This document shows, piece by piece, positions 55,041-56,301 of a stretch of 56,301 nt of DNA. Source of the DNA: an uncultured virus (IMG/VR IMGVR_UViG_3300002835_000043). Lineage: Duplodnaviria > Heunggongvirae > Uroviricota > Caudoviricetes. Location: positions 62,001-118,301 of the IMG/VR virus record IMGVR_UViG_3300002835_000043. One strand, written 5' to 3'. Position 1 is the stretch's first letter, and each line of letters opens with the position of its first letter. The notes under the pieces were generated by a model. The model ran no database searches and was not told the DNA's origin. It worked only from the letters and a program-made list of their open reading frames with translations. The translations under genes and the position numbers were made by a program.

Positions 55041-56301
55041 TGGCAGTAATTAAACTAAAAAGATCAGAAACAGCAGCAACAACACCAGCATCATTGGAAT
55101 ATGGTGAAGTTGCTATTAATATTACAGACAAAAAAATCTATATTGGTAATAGTTCAGCAACACCAACTTTAATTGTAGATGGAAATGCTGTTGGCGGTGG
55201 CTACACAGCACCAACTCTCGGTTCAACTACACTCACATCTGGTACAACAATAACCACTGTGGCAGGATTAACCTCAGTAACATCAACATCTTTTGTTGGT
55301 GCTCTAACCGGTAATGCTAGTACAGTAACAAATGGTGTTTATACTACTGATACAGGAACAGTTACCAACACAATGTTGGCTGGTTCTATTGCTTATAGTA
55401 AATTGAATTTAACTGGTGCAATCTTAAATGCAGATCTAGCAGGTTCTATTGCTTATAGTAAATTGAATTTAACTGGTGCAATCTTAAATGCAGATCTAGC
55501 AGGTTCTATTGCTTATAGTAAATTATCATTGAGTAATTCTATAGTAAATGCTGATATAAGTTCATCTGCTGCTATCGACAATACTAAATTAGCAAATTCC
55601 TCAATCACAGTAAATGGTTCATCAATATCCCTCGGTGGTTCTGCAACTATTACTGCAAATACAACAAATTCACTTTCATTCAGTACAGGATTAACCGCTG
55701 CTTCCAGTTTTAATGGATCCTCCGCAGTATCCGTTTCTGTTGATACATCTACAATTGCAACAAGAGCATATGTTGATACTGTTGCCCAAGGATTACACAT
55801 CCATGCAACAGCAAAAACTGCAACTACTGCAACATTAGCAACTTTGACAGGTACAACTGTTTCTTATGCAGGTGGAGCAATCACATGGACTGGTGGAAAT
55901 GCAGCAAATGGTGCTTCCTTCAATGATGGCACGACATTAACTGCAAATACGACAGAAGCATCAGCAGATAGAATCTTGGTGAAAAATGAAGGTGGTGTCG
56001 GTGGTCTTGGTGCAAGTAAAAACGGCACATACTATGTTTATGCAGCAAGAGAATTAAGAAGAACAAGCGACGGTGATGCAGCATCAGACTGGCTTGGTGG
56101 TGATTTCTGTTTCGTTACTAATGGTACATTATATGCAGATACTGGTTGGGTTCAAACTGAAGCAATAACAACTCTTGATACTGATTCAATTATTTGGCAA
56201 CAATTCTCTGGTGCAGGTGTTTTTAGTGCAGATGAAACCACACTCACATTAAGTGGTTCACAATTCTCCATAAAGAGTACTTATGTTGGTCAAACATCAA
56301 T
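55040..56301 (+). CDS. Tail fibre protein (3' partial, missing from the track)
   Basis: MAVIKLKRS...LEYGEVAINITDKKIYIG (T4 gp37-like N-terminus); ATRAYVD..AQGL, DRILVKNE, FCFVTNGT, QQFSGAG; open to the window end. Confidence 0.85.
   Translation, partial: MAVIKLKRSETAATTPASLEYGEVAINITDKKIYIGNSSATPTLIVDGNAVGGGYTAPTLGSTTLTSGTTITTVAGLTSVTSTSFVGALTGNASTVTNGVYTTDTGTVTNTMLAGSIAYSKLNLTGAILNADLAGSIAYSKLNLTGAILNADLAGSIAYSKLSLSNSIVNADISSSAAIDNTKLANSSITVNGSSISLGGSATITANTTNSLSFSTGLTAASSFNGSSAVSVSVDTSTIATRAYVDTVAQGLHIHATAKTATTATLATLTGTTVSYAGGAITWTGGNAANGASFNDGTTLTANTTEASADRILVKNEGGVGGLGASKNGTYYVYAARELRRTSDGDAASDWLGGDFCFVTNGTLYADTGWVQTEAITTLDTDSIIWQQFSGAGVFSADETTLTLSGSQFSIKSTYVGQTS
55382..55524 (+). repeat. 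Perfect 60-bp tandem repeat (~2.4 copies) in the tail fibre
   Basis: Unit ggttctattgcttatagtaaattg...gcagatctagca, encoding GSIAYSKLNLTGAILNADLA. Confidence 0.95.

Noticed and set aside
55382..55524. Repeat considered as a CRISPR array or DGR template
   Set aside because: No spacers, an in-frame 60-bp unit, no adenine-specific mismatches, and no reverse transcriptase in the window.

Overview
An AT-rich 56-kb segment of a large T4-like myovirus (T4 superfamily, with a cyanophage/pelagiphage-type gene complement); essentially all real genes are on the + strand. Order: partial DUF4815-type structural protein; large fibre-like structural proteins; gp13-gp14-gp15; an ~11-kb accessory insert (FN3-repeat protein plus three paralogous PKD-like/beta-helix proteins); gp16-gp17-gp18-gp19-gp20; an adaptor-like gene plus a Cys-rich gene; gp67-gp21-gp22-gp23; gp3-uvsY-uvsW-gp55-gp47-denV-like-(displaced gp68-like)-gp46-rnh-gp45-gp44-gp62-regA; then a second adaptor/tail-fibre module running off the window. 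T4 late promoter motifs (TATAAATA and variants), sigma70-type promoters with 16-bp spacers and two hairpins are visible. I saw no tRNA, CRISPR array, intein, intron or reverse transcriptase. The most unusual elements are the paralogous trio, the Cys-rich proteins, a mobile domain inserted into two unrelated proteins, a Gly-rich tail-tube extension, a relocated gp68-like gene, an apparently split gp15, and a hairpin combining terminator, late promoter and RBS before gp13. All family assignments come from motif recognition and synteny, not database searches.
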